NCBI GenBank assembly: GCA_964016885.1
Contig: OZ024744.1
Coordinates: 62,186,001-62,250,000 of the forward strand
Origin: Eledone cirrhosa
Taxonomy: Eukaryota
Length of the DNA: 64,000 nucleotides
Direction of reading: 5' to 3'
A program made the translations under genes and the position numbers. Shown here one piece after another: positions 47,013 through 62,362 of the stretch. Below the pieces are notes generated by a model. It did no database searches, was not told where the DNA came from, and was given only the letters and a program-made list of their open reading frames with translations. Each line of letters starts with the position of its first letter. Within the stretch, counting starts at the first letter, position 1.

Positions 47013-47045
<33 letters not shown>

Positions 47046-47098
47046 CATATATACATATATATACATATATATATATATACATATATACATATATATAC

Positions 47099-47133
<35 letters not shown>

Positions 47134-47137
47134 CATA

Positions 47138-47843
47138 CGAAGCTTGCATGCTCCGCTGGATGTGTAACAGTAATATACGTGAACGGCAAAGCATAAACGA
47201 ACTAAGGAAAAAATTAGAGATAAGAGGGATCAGATGTTGTTTACTCGAGAGAAGGCTACGTTGGTATGGACACGTGATGCGCATGAAAGTCGATAGCTGT
47301 ATAACAAAGTGCAGGGCAATAAAGATAGACGGTAGCCACGGAATAGGCAGACCTAGAAAAACCTGGGACGAGCTGATAAACTCCGACCTCACACACTTAC
47401 ACCTCTCCAAGACAATGTCACTGGACCGAGACCTTTGGCGGTACTCAGTAACAGAGAAGACCCGCCTTGCCAGTAGGCATCTCTAACAAAATACACCCCG
47501 TCCCACCACCACCACCCCCACCCCATCCACACCACCCCGTCCTATGTAAAGTTATGTTGGTGCCGCGCCATCCGGGCCGAAACAAATGAGATCGTGTAGG
47601 TGTCACGACAAAAAAACACACAGTCCACGCTGTAATGTGGCCGTGTAGGCAACACGGTAAAAACCTCCCAGACCCACACTGTAAATGTGGTTGGTGTTAG
47701 GAAGGGCATCCAACTGTAGAAAACCTGCCAGACAGTCCTATGCGAGCAAGACAATCACTCTTGCCTCAAGTGGGACTACCCCCGTCCAAACCCATGCAAG
47801 CGTGGAACACGGACGTTAAACGTTGATGATGATGATGATGATG
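47138..47843 (+). mobile_element. Young 5'-truncated RTE LINE 3' end
   Basis: ORF 47148-47486 is nearly identical to the 28 kb copy, with a deletion of about 28 bp across the stop codon; (GAT)n tail; (TA)n flanks. Confidence 0.95.
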
Positions 47844-48990
<1,147 letters not shown>

Positions 48991-49136
48991 GTATTTTCCG
49001 TTGTGTTGTAATATAAATATTACACACAGTAGATTATCAGCTCACGTAGAGTTTGCTCGACGGTTCCAGTTGTAGTTCCAAAAGTAATCCGGAGAAAAAT
49101 AGAAAGATTTGAATGGATACAGTTTAGTTGAAAGGA

Positions 49137-51112
<1,976 letters not shown>

Positions 51113-51114
<2 letters not shown>

Positions 51115-51684
51115 GCCGTATAGTGTATAAAAAAGTGCAGGGCAATAAAGATAGACAGTAGCCACGGAGTAGGCAGACCCAGAAAAACCTGGGACGAGCT
51201 GATAAACTCCGACCTCACACACTTACACCTCTGCAAGACAATGTCACTGGACCGAGATCTTTGGCGGTACTCAGTAATAGAGAAGACCCGCCTTACCTAA
51301 ATACAAAGTAAAACCTACTACAGTCAGTAGGCATCTCTAACAAAATACACCTCCGTCCCACCACCCCCACCCCATCCACACCGCCCCTTTCAATGTAAAG
51401 TTATGTTGGTGCCACAACATCCAGGCCGAAACAAACGAGATCGTGTAGGTGTCACGACAAAAAACATAGTCCACGCTGTAATGTGGCCGTGTAGGCAACA
51501 CAGTAAAAATCTCCCAGCCCCACACTGTAAATGTGGTTGGTGTTAGGAAGGGCATCCAGCTGTAGAAAATCCGCCAGACAGTCCTATGTGAGCAAGACAA
51601 CCACTCTTGCCTCAAGTGGGAAAACTCCCGGCCAAACCCATGCAAGCGTGGAACATGGACGTTAAATGATGATGATGATGATGA
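51113..51684 (+). mobile_element. Young 5'-truncated RTE LINE 3' end
   Basis: Same family as the 28, 31 and 47 kb copies; (GAT)n tail. Confidence 0.95.
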
Positions 51685-54003
51685 TATATACATATATTTA
51701 CACACACACACACATTTCGTTCTTACTGCTTCCTCTTTCTCCGTATCTTTTCCTCTCTAACAGTCACTCTCTCTGTTAGCCTCTTCCTTACCCTTCACTC
51801 ACTCTGTTACTACCTCTCCTCCTCCTTCCCGTTTGACCTGTGTGTAATTCTTTTCTTTCGCTCCCTTGGTCAGGCAGGTTCACCTTTTTTCTCTCTCTTG
51901 TCTACGATTTCACAGAACTTATGTTCACCGAATTCACAGACTAGATTCCTTCTTCCTCCCGTTAGACCTGTACGGAATTCCTTCCTTGCTCACATTCCAA
52001 CCAGGTTTGATGGTCTTTATTCTCTCTCGTTCACGATTTCACCGAACTTATATTCATGGAAATTTGGGACTTGACTCTTTCTTCCTCACTTTTCGTTGCT
52101 TCACCATCTGTTTGTTTACACTCTCGCTGTTCCCTTTATTTACGTGTCCCAACGACTTTCTTTAGCCGTTGCTCGCACCAACCGGAGGTATATGGTCTTT
52201 AAAGCGAAGAAATGCCGATGATGGTTGGAAGATCACTGATGAAGGACCACTTTATTCATATGTAACCCATTTGCAACCCCGCAGCACGTTTATTCTTATA
52301 TATATATACATATATATATATATACATATATATATATATTGTAATGAGTCACTACCTAGCAACTGAACTCTTGGATAATTCATTATCCACTTGCTGTTGA
52401 AACAAGAGAGCTCTGTTGCCAGGTAGTAACTAACTCGTTACAATATCTACTCTACTCTCTTAAGCTTCGAGTTCTAAGCTGAACAATGGTTTTACTAGTC
52501 TAAATTGGTAATCCCAATTTTTATATGGTGATGATGATGGTGATATATATATATATATAAGGGGAAAGGAATTGTGAGTGGATTATATATCTTAAAGAGT
52601 GGAGGTAAAAACACCTGAGGGGACAAGTTCTAGCAAGCAGTAGGGTGGAGTATAACTTGCAGTCAACAAAGACATAATTTCTCATTTCTTTTCAACCTCT
52701 TAAGTTCTAACATTGTTCCTGAAGAGAAGTTAATAGAAATGGTTTACTGCTGTCTGGCAATGAACTATCTTAACACTATACATAATCAATCAATCATTCA
52801 CAATTTATTTGCAACAAAACTAAATACCCCCATTTTTGTCATATTATATATGTAGATTTAACTTATCTCTTCTCTACCTAAATATTTTATTACTCAGCAG
52901 TGGCTGTAAAAACATAATTGTACTCCTAGTGAATAATTATTCATATTAAGTGTTGTTGTTGGACTTGCGTCAATTCTGACTATGAATGAATGTATGGGTG
53001 TGCATCTTTTGGATACTGTTTTTAGTAGATCAACTGATCACAGGTGTGATAAATCAGGAACTCAGTTTAATACATTTTGTTTTCATTTGAAGGTGGAGTC
53101 TGTATATGGTCACTGAGCCTGTCATCAAAGATATTCTAAAAAAGTTTCATATGAATGCTATTTCTAAGTCATTCTAGCTATGACAACCCTGACTTTTTAA
53201 GGGTTTATCTAGGATTACATTATTCCGTATATCTTTAAACCAATGATTGGATTGCTTTTTCTAACAGATTCCATTTAGAGGATCCACATTTATATGTAAG
53301 TATGTTTGTTTTTCTCCCACATAATACATCAAGAGCAACTTTGTGTAAAACCAGAAAATGACATGACTGTATTTGTGCATAAGCTGTTGTCCAGACTTAG
53401 TCCTGGATTTGATTTGATTTTATATATTATTGTGAATGCTTTAAGAAAAGTCACTACAGAAATGTCATCATTGTCATCATTTTTAGGTCCAGTTTTCCAT
53501 GCTTACATGGGTTGGACAGGTCCTTTTCAGCATCTCTCCACTTGTATTCCTTCATTATCTCTGCGAGTCTCAGTGATTTGCGATCAGCTCTCTCCACCTC
53601 CGCCCAGGTCTCCCTACCACTGGGATTTCCTGACCTTCTCCACCCTATTTTTATAAATATATGTGGGAGCAGGGACAAATAGATAAGAAATTTGCTTCAC
53701 AATCATACGGTTCCAGTTTCAATCCCACTGTGTTGTATTTTAGGCAAATGTCATTTACCACAGCCCAAAGAGTGAAATTGGCTAAAGAAAACTGTTTAGA
53801 AGCCTGTCAGGTGGACTGTACCAGTAATACAAAGGATCATCATTATAACACTGTGTCACATTGAATCTTCCTCAGAAGTATGTTATGGGCACATGTCTTA
53901 AATGCTCAACTAGTTGCATATTAGTTTCACAAACAAACTGCCCCATTGGTCAACCAAATTGAACAATTATCATTGAAACAGACAGAGAGACCCATTCTAT
54001 ATA

Positions 54004-54007
<4 letters not shown>

Positions 54008-54064
<57 letters not shown>

Positions 54065-54068
54065 GTGT
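54008..54068. repeat. (GT)n microsatellite
   Basis: Read directly. Confidence 0.99.
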
Positions 54069-54269
54069 TTTGATAGAAACATTTTATGTCAAAAATTAAC
54101 TGAATGAGCACTCAATATATATATAAGACTTTAGGTTATATTTTACAAAGAAAGAAAGTGGCAGTGGCTTCAAAGGTTTTTGTTGAAATTTGCTTCTTGA
54201 GACAATTTTATTGACCCAGGAGGGATACAAAACAAAGCCTACCTTCGTGAAATTTGAACTCAGTAATGG

Positions 54270-54488
54270 CTCCCAATTTAAGCACATGGCCACAATTTTT
54301 GTGGAGAAGGATAAGTTGATTATATCTACCCTGAGTACTTGACTAGTACTTTATTTTATCACTGACCCCAGAAAGATGAAAGACAAAGTTGACTTTGGCA
54401 AAATTCAAATTCAGAATGTATAAAGAACTGGAACAAATACCACAAATTATTTTGTCTAATACTCTAACAATGCTGCCAATCCACCACC
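54270..54488 (-). mobile_element. SINE family B, older copy
   Basis: gtactttattttatc...gatgaaagacaaagttgactttggc...ctgccaatccacc. Confidence 0.65.
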
Positions 54489-55461
54489 CTATTTGCGTAA
54501 ATAACATTAACAGTACAATCTTCTCTAGGCATGCGTATTCAGTATAGTTTCTAGGTCAACAGGTTTAAATTTTTCTACTTTCTTATTCAACAAGGTCAGG
54601 AATGCTTTGATTTCAAACATACACACATGCTGACAATTGACACAAGTAGCACAACAGGGACAAACCTAATATTTCAGAGATTTATTATGTAATTAGATAG
54701 AAATGCATTTTACAATGAAAAGAAAATATATTTTTGCCCTGAAGTACACATCACCCTTAATTTTAAGTAGCACCTACATATAGCTTTATATCAGTTTAAT
54801 GATGGGTTGTTATTCAAAAGTGGAATGAGCCAGGCAACAGAATCTGTAACAATGAAATTCCTTGAAAGATTTTCTTACAGAAAACTAATTTCATAGAGGA
54901 AAAAAATAATAATGACAAGTTTGAAATTGTTATATTTAAAAAATTGTGAGTTGTTTTACAAATATTATGGCAATATTCTAAAAGGAAATGAAAATGTTAT
55001 TACTGTAAGATATCAATAGGGTCTTTTATTCTTGTTTAGGATATCTCAACCTTTCTAGTGCTGGTATCATGATGAAATCTACCTAGTACACTGTAAATTG
55101 GAATTTATAAGCAAGATGAGGTTCTTCTACCCATCTATGAGGACAGTAACTCTGAATGAGGGGCTGATACAGAGTCAGAAGTAATGTGATGATGCAAATA
55201 CCTAAGGAGTTTATATATATATATATATATATATATACATACATACACACACACACACGTATGTGTGTGTGTGTGTGCTATATTATCTCATTCCTAGAAA
55301 ATATTACTGTTAGAATATAGAAATATATTTAATATAAAACAAATCTTTTCTTTCATAGTTAATAAAAAACAACAATCAAACCAAACAATGCTATTAACAT
55401 GCAGCAGCTCATAGAAGACATCAAAGACGTTCAATAACCATACCAGACAACTAGTACTTAC

Positions 55462-55578
55462 CTCAATAATAAAATCACATTCTTCGTGTCCCATAAATAT
55501 CATTGTTTTTGGTAACATATATCTTTGGCCTTGATCGTCCACCATGCACCATTCTGGACTAAAGTATTTTTCTTTATC
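55462..55578 (-). CDS. CEP170: Internal coding exon, N-terminal part of an FHA domain of a CEP170-like centrosomal protein (DKEKYFSPEWCMVDDQGQRYMLPKTMIFMGHEECDFIIE)
   Basis: Canonical acceptor (tttcttttctag|GAT) and donor (GAG|gtaagt), 117 nt, phase 0/0, no stops. The peptide aligns by eye with the CEP170 N-terminus as I recall it ([30 protein letters not shown]) and ends where I recall the vertebrate exon ending. Confidence 0.8.
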
Positions 55579-55623
55579 CTAGAAAAGAAACATTATATAT
55601 TATATATACATATATTCAAATAT

Positions 55624-56068
55624 ATTGAAGGATGACAGCTACATAAAAAGGTGCAGAAGGCTAAAAGTCGATGGAAGCCTTGGAGCGGGGAGTCCCAAGA
55701 AGACCTGGGATGAGGTGATAAAAGCTAACCTTGCCCAATTGCACCTCTCAAAGGTGATGACACAGGACTGAGACCTCTGGCGTTACGAAGTAATACAAAG
55801 ACCCGACTTCCCACGCGTACATGCTGAAGCATATAGACAATTTGCCCCCACCCCCTGTAAAGTGGTCATGTAGGCGCCACAACAAAAAGCACCTAGTACA
55901 CACTAAATGGGGTTGGTGTTAGGAAGGGCATCCAGCTGTAGAAATCAAGCCAAAATCAGTTCTGTATGAGCAAGACATGGTCATCTGACTTGCCATTTCC
56001 CACAACAGGACAACTCGTCTAACCTATGCTAGTGTGGAAAAATGGACGTAAAACAGTGATGATGAAGA
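55624..56068 (+). mobile_element. RTE LINE 3' end, older copy
   Basis: KKCR...G.P.KTWDEVIK..L..LHLS and the shared 3' UTR with (GAT)n tail. Confidence 0.85.
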
Positions 56069-56303
56069 TTTATCTACGGTAAACTAAAGGATTGGTATTG
56101 AAAGAGATTATATTCATCAGGGTAACAAGGGACAGAGTTTATATTTAATTCCAGATGTAGAGCTAAACTAATGAGATTTTGAATCCAGAACAATAGATAT
56201 CAAAAAGAAATTTATAAGGAACGCTGTAGTGTTAAAACCCACAGTCTACTAGATGACATGACCACTTGAGAAATCTAGTGGGAATCATACAATTTCATTT
56301 TAA

Positions 56304-56465
56304 CCCTTTTGTTATCAAACCACCCAAAATGAACTTCGGTTTTATGAAATAAAAGGGTTCCTATTTAAATTAGTATCTTTCATCTTAAAGGGTTCCTATT
56401 TAAATTAGTATCTTTCATCTTAATTGAAAGTGAGTGTTTTCATTAGAGATACAGTCATAAAAAGG
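56304..56465. mobile_element. piggyBac-like MITE with an internal 35-bp tandem duplication
   Basis: TTAA flanks, ccctttt/aaaaagg ends; aaagggttcctatttaaattagtatctttcatctt at 56352 and 56387. Confidence 0.6.
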
Positions 56466-57874
56466 TTAATAAATATGAAAATGTTTAAACTAAAACATGC
56501 TTTTCTTAAAGCATGTTTAGTGTGGTTTTGAAATTCTAATGAGTGGAGAATATACTAATGAAGTTTTAATATTTTGATATTTAAAATGTTTTAAGTGTTG
56601 TTTTGGGTATAGTTTTGTTTCACAACTCCATTATGTAATGATTTTTTAAACAATTTCCGACCATTTTGAAGGCCATAATTATTCATAAAATATCAAAAAC
56701 AATAAGAAATACAAATTTCTTGTTGAAAGTGAAACTGGTGCAATATTCACCTCCAAAATGAAAATATTTTAGCACTTTATTTACATAGAATTTTTAAGTA
56801 GGTGAAAATCAGCAAAATATTGACCTCAAATATAAGCCGATACCTCATTTTACCATTGATTTCTTCGTCACATATTTCTCAGCTTATATACAAATATATA
56901 CTGTAGTTTGTTTTGCCCAAATAATTTAAATTAACTGACAATACAACACTTTATATTAGGAATATATTTACTTGTTTGTTTGTTTAATAACTAACCATTT
57001 GTAGTTTACAGCTAGCTCTAAACATGAGATTATCAGTTATATTCTTTTTAGAATTTCAAACATTCTCATGTCAAATGAATCCCACAGTATCTTTCCAAGC
57101 ATTTATTATACATCTAACCCAGGCCCTAAAACAAAATAATTCTGTATAAAAAAGTGTTTGACCAACAAACATCAAACCTGAGGTACAAGTTTTCGTTCTG
57201 AGATAGGCAGGCAATTTATGAAAGGCTTCATTCAGATTTTTTTTTTTTTTAATTTTTTTTTGGGGGGGGGATATATAATTTTGTATTCGGGTACAATAAT
57301 AGCTTATTTAGATTCTTTAAAAAAAAAAAGAAACTTAAACCAAATATTAAAAATTTGTTGAGAGAAATTACTCTGAGATGCTTAAAAAAAAAATTATACA
57401 TATAACATTTAGAACCGGTTTGGTAAAATGATTATTAGAAATTCTGTCTGATATAAAAAAGCCCTTTGAAGTTTACTAATTAATTCCATAGTAGTCTTCA
57501 TTTGTGAATGCATGTGGCCTAGTGGTTAGGGTGTTGGGATTAAGGTTGGGATGTAATGTTTTTGATTCCTGGACTGGGCAACACATTGTGTTCTTGAACA
57601 AAACACCTCATTACATGTTGCTCCACTCCAGCCAGCTGAAAATGAGTACCAGCAGCTGGGGATTAACCCTGCGATGGACTTATCTAGTCCAGGGAGGAAG
57701 TCTTGTACTCTCAAGTACTTAACACCTCATGAAACCAAGATAAACTCTGGTATCACGAGCCTTGAGACAGACTAACTTATTAGGGTTTGTTTTTTAATCT
57801 TCAGTTACTTATGATAAAATAGAATAACAGTCCAATGCAGTACAGTATCTCTTCACTCACTGCATTCCTTCGTC

Positions 57875-58452
57875 ATTTTACTCTTTTACCTGTTCCACCC
57901 TTTTTTGTAACTGACCTCTAGGGTGCTTCAATTTTCATAATACTTTATTTTATGTGAGGAGTCCACAGTGGACAACAGTATTCAAGGTGGAGTCAGACAA
58001 AGTAGAATATAATGAGGGTGAATTTCTCTAGACCAGAAAGTTCTGAGAATCCAGAAACACATCCTGCAGGACAAGTCAACTTGTTTATGTGAGTACTCCA
58101 ACTTAAATTGTTGCCAACAATTACTCCAAGGTCTCTGGTGTTGTTTTATGCCAAGAGGGTTTCACCTGAAGGAAGAGAATATGGTAACTTCAAGCATCCT
58201 CTTTTCCAAAGTGAATTAATTCAAATTTATCCTCGTTTAGTGGCATATCGTTTTTTGTCGCCCATTGGATAACAACGAGCAGATCCGATTGAAGGCATAT
58301 CTGGCCTCCCACTCTGTTCATGACCTTCTGGAGCTTGCTGAGATCTGTTTGACAGGAAACATTTAATCCATTGAAGTAGCTTTCTACAGACCCTAATGTT
58401 GAATAGTTTCTTCAACTGGATGCTGTGATTGACCCTGTCAAAAGCCTTGCAA
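57875..58452 (-). mobile_element. Decayed CR1-type LINE pieces
   Basis: KAFDRVNH...WIKCFLSNRSQ, RDLG and PHLEYCCPLWTPH motifs, and the same ttttactcttttacctgtt tail as 43149. Confidence 0.75.
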
Positions 58453-59329
58453 ATATATATATATATCGCATTGGTATAGGCATGTGATGTGTTGAAAAAT
58501 GGACATATGATGATGATATATATACTTGTGTTTAAGTCGCACCTTTTGCCACAAAAATACATGTGACTTATCTAGTGTGCCTATAAAGTCACAAATCAAA
58601 ATATATGGTACATTGTATATGTTGTATGTAAAATGGAGATATGACTTACACATGACTATATATAAAAATCTATCTCTGAATAAACCAGATTTTGAAATCA
58701 AAACAACTTAAACTATAATCTTAATTATGTATAGAAGCTGAGAGAGAGCCAATATGTTCCAACAAACTAAACAGAACAAAGACTAATATTATTTAGCTTT
58801 TATATTAATAATTGTGTTTGAACAAATGAAGAAATCTCAATTTCAGAAGATAATAAAATGACTATAAAACAAAGGCAGCTTCCAACTCTATCAATACTTC
58901 ATTGATGGTGGATTAAGATCCTTTGCTAGGTTTTGTTTACTTGCTTAGTTATAAGAGCTGCACAAGCTTAACCCTCTAATGTTCAAACCAGCCAAAACCG
59001 AGCCAGAATTCTCTACCAGATTCTGTTGAAACTGGCTGTAACTGGCCACTCATACTGATGTTAAGGTATTGTTCTCAAAATAAATACTTTCAAAATCTCA
59101 GATTCGATATTATTTGAGATAATTATGTGAGGTAAAGCCTTTACCATGAAAATATAATAGTATATATAGAGTAGTGTGAATGCTTGAAAAGGAAAGGAGC
59201 CAATCATCAGAATAAACCAAGTAAACAATGTTTCCATTGATCTTTCCATTGCTGACACCATTTGTTGGTCACAATGTATGACAAAGCTGTCACTCCTTAT
59301 ATATAGAACAACCATGTTATATATATATA

Positions 59330-59870
59330 ACATGGTTGGTGTTAAGAAGGGCATCCAGCCACAGAAACCAAGCCAAAATACAGATCCATATGAGCATGAT
59401 GTGATCACTGGACCTGACTTGTCTCATAACATGACAACCTGTCTAACCCATGCAAGCATGGAAAAATAGACGTTAAACGACGATGATATATATATGTATA
59501 CATAAAAACTCATAGTCCACCCTGTAAGGTGATCATGCCGGTGACAACAAAAGCCCCCTAGTCTATCATATAAAGCGCTTGTGCTGGTGACATGTCAAAA
59601 GACCACCCAGGCAACTCTGTAAGGTGGTTATGTTAGTGACATGACAAATAAGCACCCAGTCCAACTTGTCAGTCAGTCATTTTGGCGTCACAATAAAAAG
59701 CACCCAGACTATGCTGTAAATGTGGTTGACATTAGGAAGGGCATCCACCTATAGAAACCAAACCATAAAGTTATATATGAACACAACACAGTGACCTGAT
59801 CTGGTTTGTCTCACAATAAGACAACTCGTTTAACCCGTGCTACCATGGAAAAATGGATGTATGATGATAT
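59330..59870 (+). mobile_element. Two RTE-tail-type SINE/LINE 3' ends, the second with about 5 degenerate 45-50 bp subrepeats
   Basis: Recurring ctgtaaggtggtt...gtgacatg...aaagcacccag units followed by ttaggaagggcatcc and a (GAT)n tail. Confidence 0.7.
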
Positions 59871-60015
59871 ATAAGTAAAAGAGCAGATCATATTTTACTT
59901 TTGATATTCATGTACATTGATTGAGCCCTGATAGAATTATAGGGGTGCTGCTACATATGGTGATGTTTGGGCAATTTAACCAGGCAGAATCTATTACTGT
60001 ACAGGTTTGACCATG

Positions 60016-60053
<38 letters not shown>

Positions 60054-62362
60054 GAGAAAGGAGAGAGGGGGGGGACCAAGGAAAAGCAACAGAGAAGAAT
60101 CAACCCTATAACTTATTGGCACTTTTTCAGAGTCAATAAAGTTGACCTTGGCAAAGTGCAGAGATCAGGAATGAATACTGCATAGCATTCAATCTGAAGC
60201 CTCTAATTTGCTGCTTTGTTTTTTTTATTAATATTACAAAAACTTAAAAAGGTAGAATCAAAGAATTTGTAAATGATTCAAAAACGAAATCTTTTTAAAT
60301 TAAAGAAAGCTTTTTTTTTTTAAATTTAAATAAAGCCAGCTAGCTACTGCATATTGGAAGATCAAAGGTAGTAACAGAAGAGTGGGGTTGAAGGGGATCA
60401 ATTTGAAAGTTAATGAAATTTCCCATCCCTAATCTCTCTATACAATTAATTAATCCTTGATGGTAATGAACTCTCACTCTCTATTCATCTCTTTCCATTC
60501 AGCTTTCTGTTCCATTGCAAGCTGTCCACCAAAATTATTGGATATGCCTCTAATTTCTGCTTCATTCATAACATAAAATTTTCTTTTCTATCTTCCTCCA
60601 ATGGTAATAAACTAAATGATACTTCGTCAGTTTTGATAATGAGTCAGTTGTTCGATCAATGGTTAAAAGTTACATCCCAAACACCAGTTTTATAATGAGA
60701 AAGATATTTTACTCAATATTTACAAATTCTTGATAATTTTCATAATGATTTGAACATCATAGGCAGTCTATTTTATCATAAATATGGTAATGAATGGGTT
60801 AAATTGATGAGTAAGTGATTGGGTTTCCACAGACAAATACACAACATAATTTTCCAAGAGAATCAGTGTGACACAGCTGTACCTTTTAAATATAGGTCCA
60901 GTCTTAACAGTTTCCATCAACCCAATTTTACTTACAAGGCTTGGTTCAACCTGAGGCAAAAGACAATTAATAACCCAGTGTGATATCCACTACCAAGCAC
61001 TTGTGTATCTATCTAATGGAGACTGGTCAGTTCCAAGCATTTGGGCCAGATTTTTTCATTTAGGCATACATCTACTCATCTCTGAAACCTTACAATATCA
61101 ATTTAGTGAGGAGAGACATTCTATAGTAACTTAACACATTATGTTGTTCAATGTCATCGTTTTACATTCATTTTTATAAATTGGAGTTATAGATTAGGAG
61201 ACCCCTTTTGCTCAATACTTTCCCTTTTTTTTTTTTTTTACATGGTTTCTATAGCTGGATGCTCTTCCTAACACCAACCATTTTACAATGTGTACAGGAT
61301 GCATTATATCTGGTACACTAACATTAGAAGTTTTCTAGTCCTTGACATGAACAATTATTTAAACCCTATTTTGGTACAGTTTATACAGCTGAATGCTCTT
61401 CCTAAAACCAATCAGTTTACAGAGTGTACTAGGTGAATTTAATTGTAGCACCAACACTAGGGAAGTTGTCATATCCTTGACATGACTAAACAGTCCTCTG
61501 TTTGATGTTTTGGCACAGTTTCTACACTTAAAATCTCTTTCCAAAAACTTTCTACTACAATATTTTCCAAGTTAGACCAAACCATACATTTTTACACCCT
61601 AAATCATTAAAAAGGAATTAAAGATGACTGCGAGACTCCCAATCAAATGTATTTGACTAGTTACCTCTGTGTGGTAAGACCACATAAATACAACAATAAC
61701 AGTCCTTTATTTTCAACAATTCATTATAAGAAATTGAGTTTCTCATTAAAGAAATACTTTAGCTATGGAGCAATTAACTAGACTTTACAAATAGGCCTTC
61801 CACAAACCACACACAATCCTGCTAATGGCATTTACCTCAAATATCTATCTCTCACTCATCAACAATAAAGAAATTTTTGTTTATCACCATGTTATATCCT
61901 TCTTCAAGTCTCCTTAATGACTATTGTAACCATTTACCTTCCAACCAAAAAAAAAATCTCATCTTTTAGACACACAAGTTCCAACTTTTCACCATTAGCT
62001 CTTTCCTTTAATATCTACACACTGACATATACCTACACATGACACATACGCCCCCCCCCCCTCCACAGACACACCACAAAAAAAACAAAAAAACACTATT
62101 GCACTTCCCCAGAATTGCATCTCATTGGACTGAAATTCATTACATCAAACTGTGCCACCACTTCCTCCTACTCCTTCAAAATGCTCTGCTATCATTTAAT
62201 CATACTCTTTCTATCAAAAGAATGAATTGCATAGTAGCTATGGATGGGTGCTAAACTGTTGCTTGCAGTTGACGAAGGAGTCATTCTTAAAACGATTTTT
62301 GGTGATTACATCGTGGAAGAACCATTTAGTCATACACATACACACACACACTATATAAATAT

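Noticed and set aside
59520-59720. Regularly spaced repeats resembling a CRISPR array
   Set aside because: These are degenerate tandem subrepeats of a SINE/LINE 3' UTR, with no unique spacers and no cas genes, in a eukaryotic context.
60474-60569. Short minus-strand ORF MNEAEIRGISNNFGGQLAMEQKAEWKEMNRE as the upstream CEP170 exon
   Set aside because: The only plausible donor (GA|gtgaga) is phase 2, incompatible with the phase-0 acceptor at 55578, and there is no recognisable homology.
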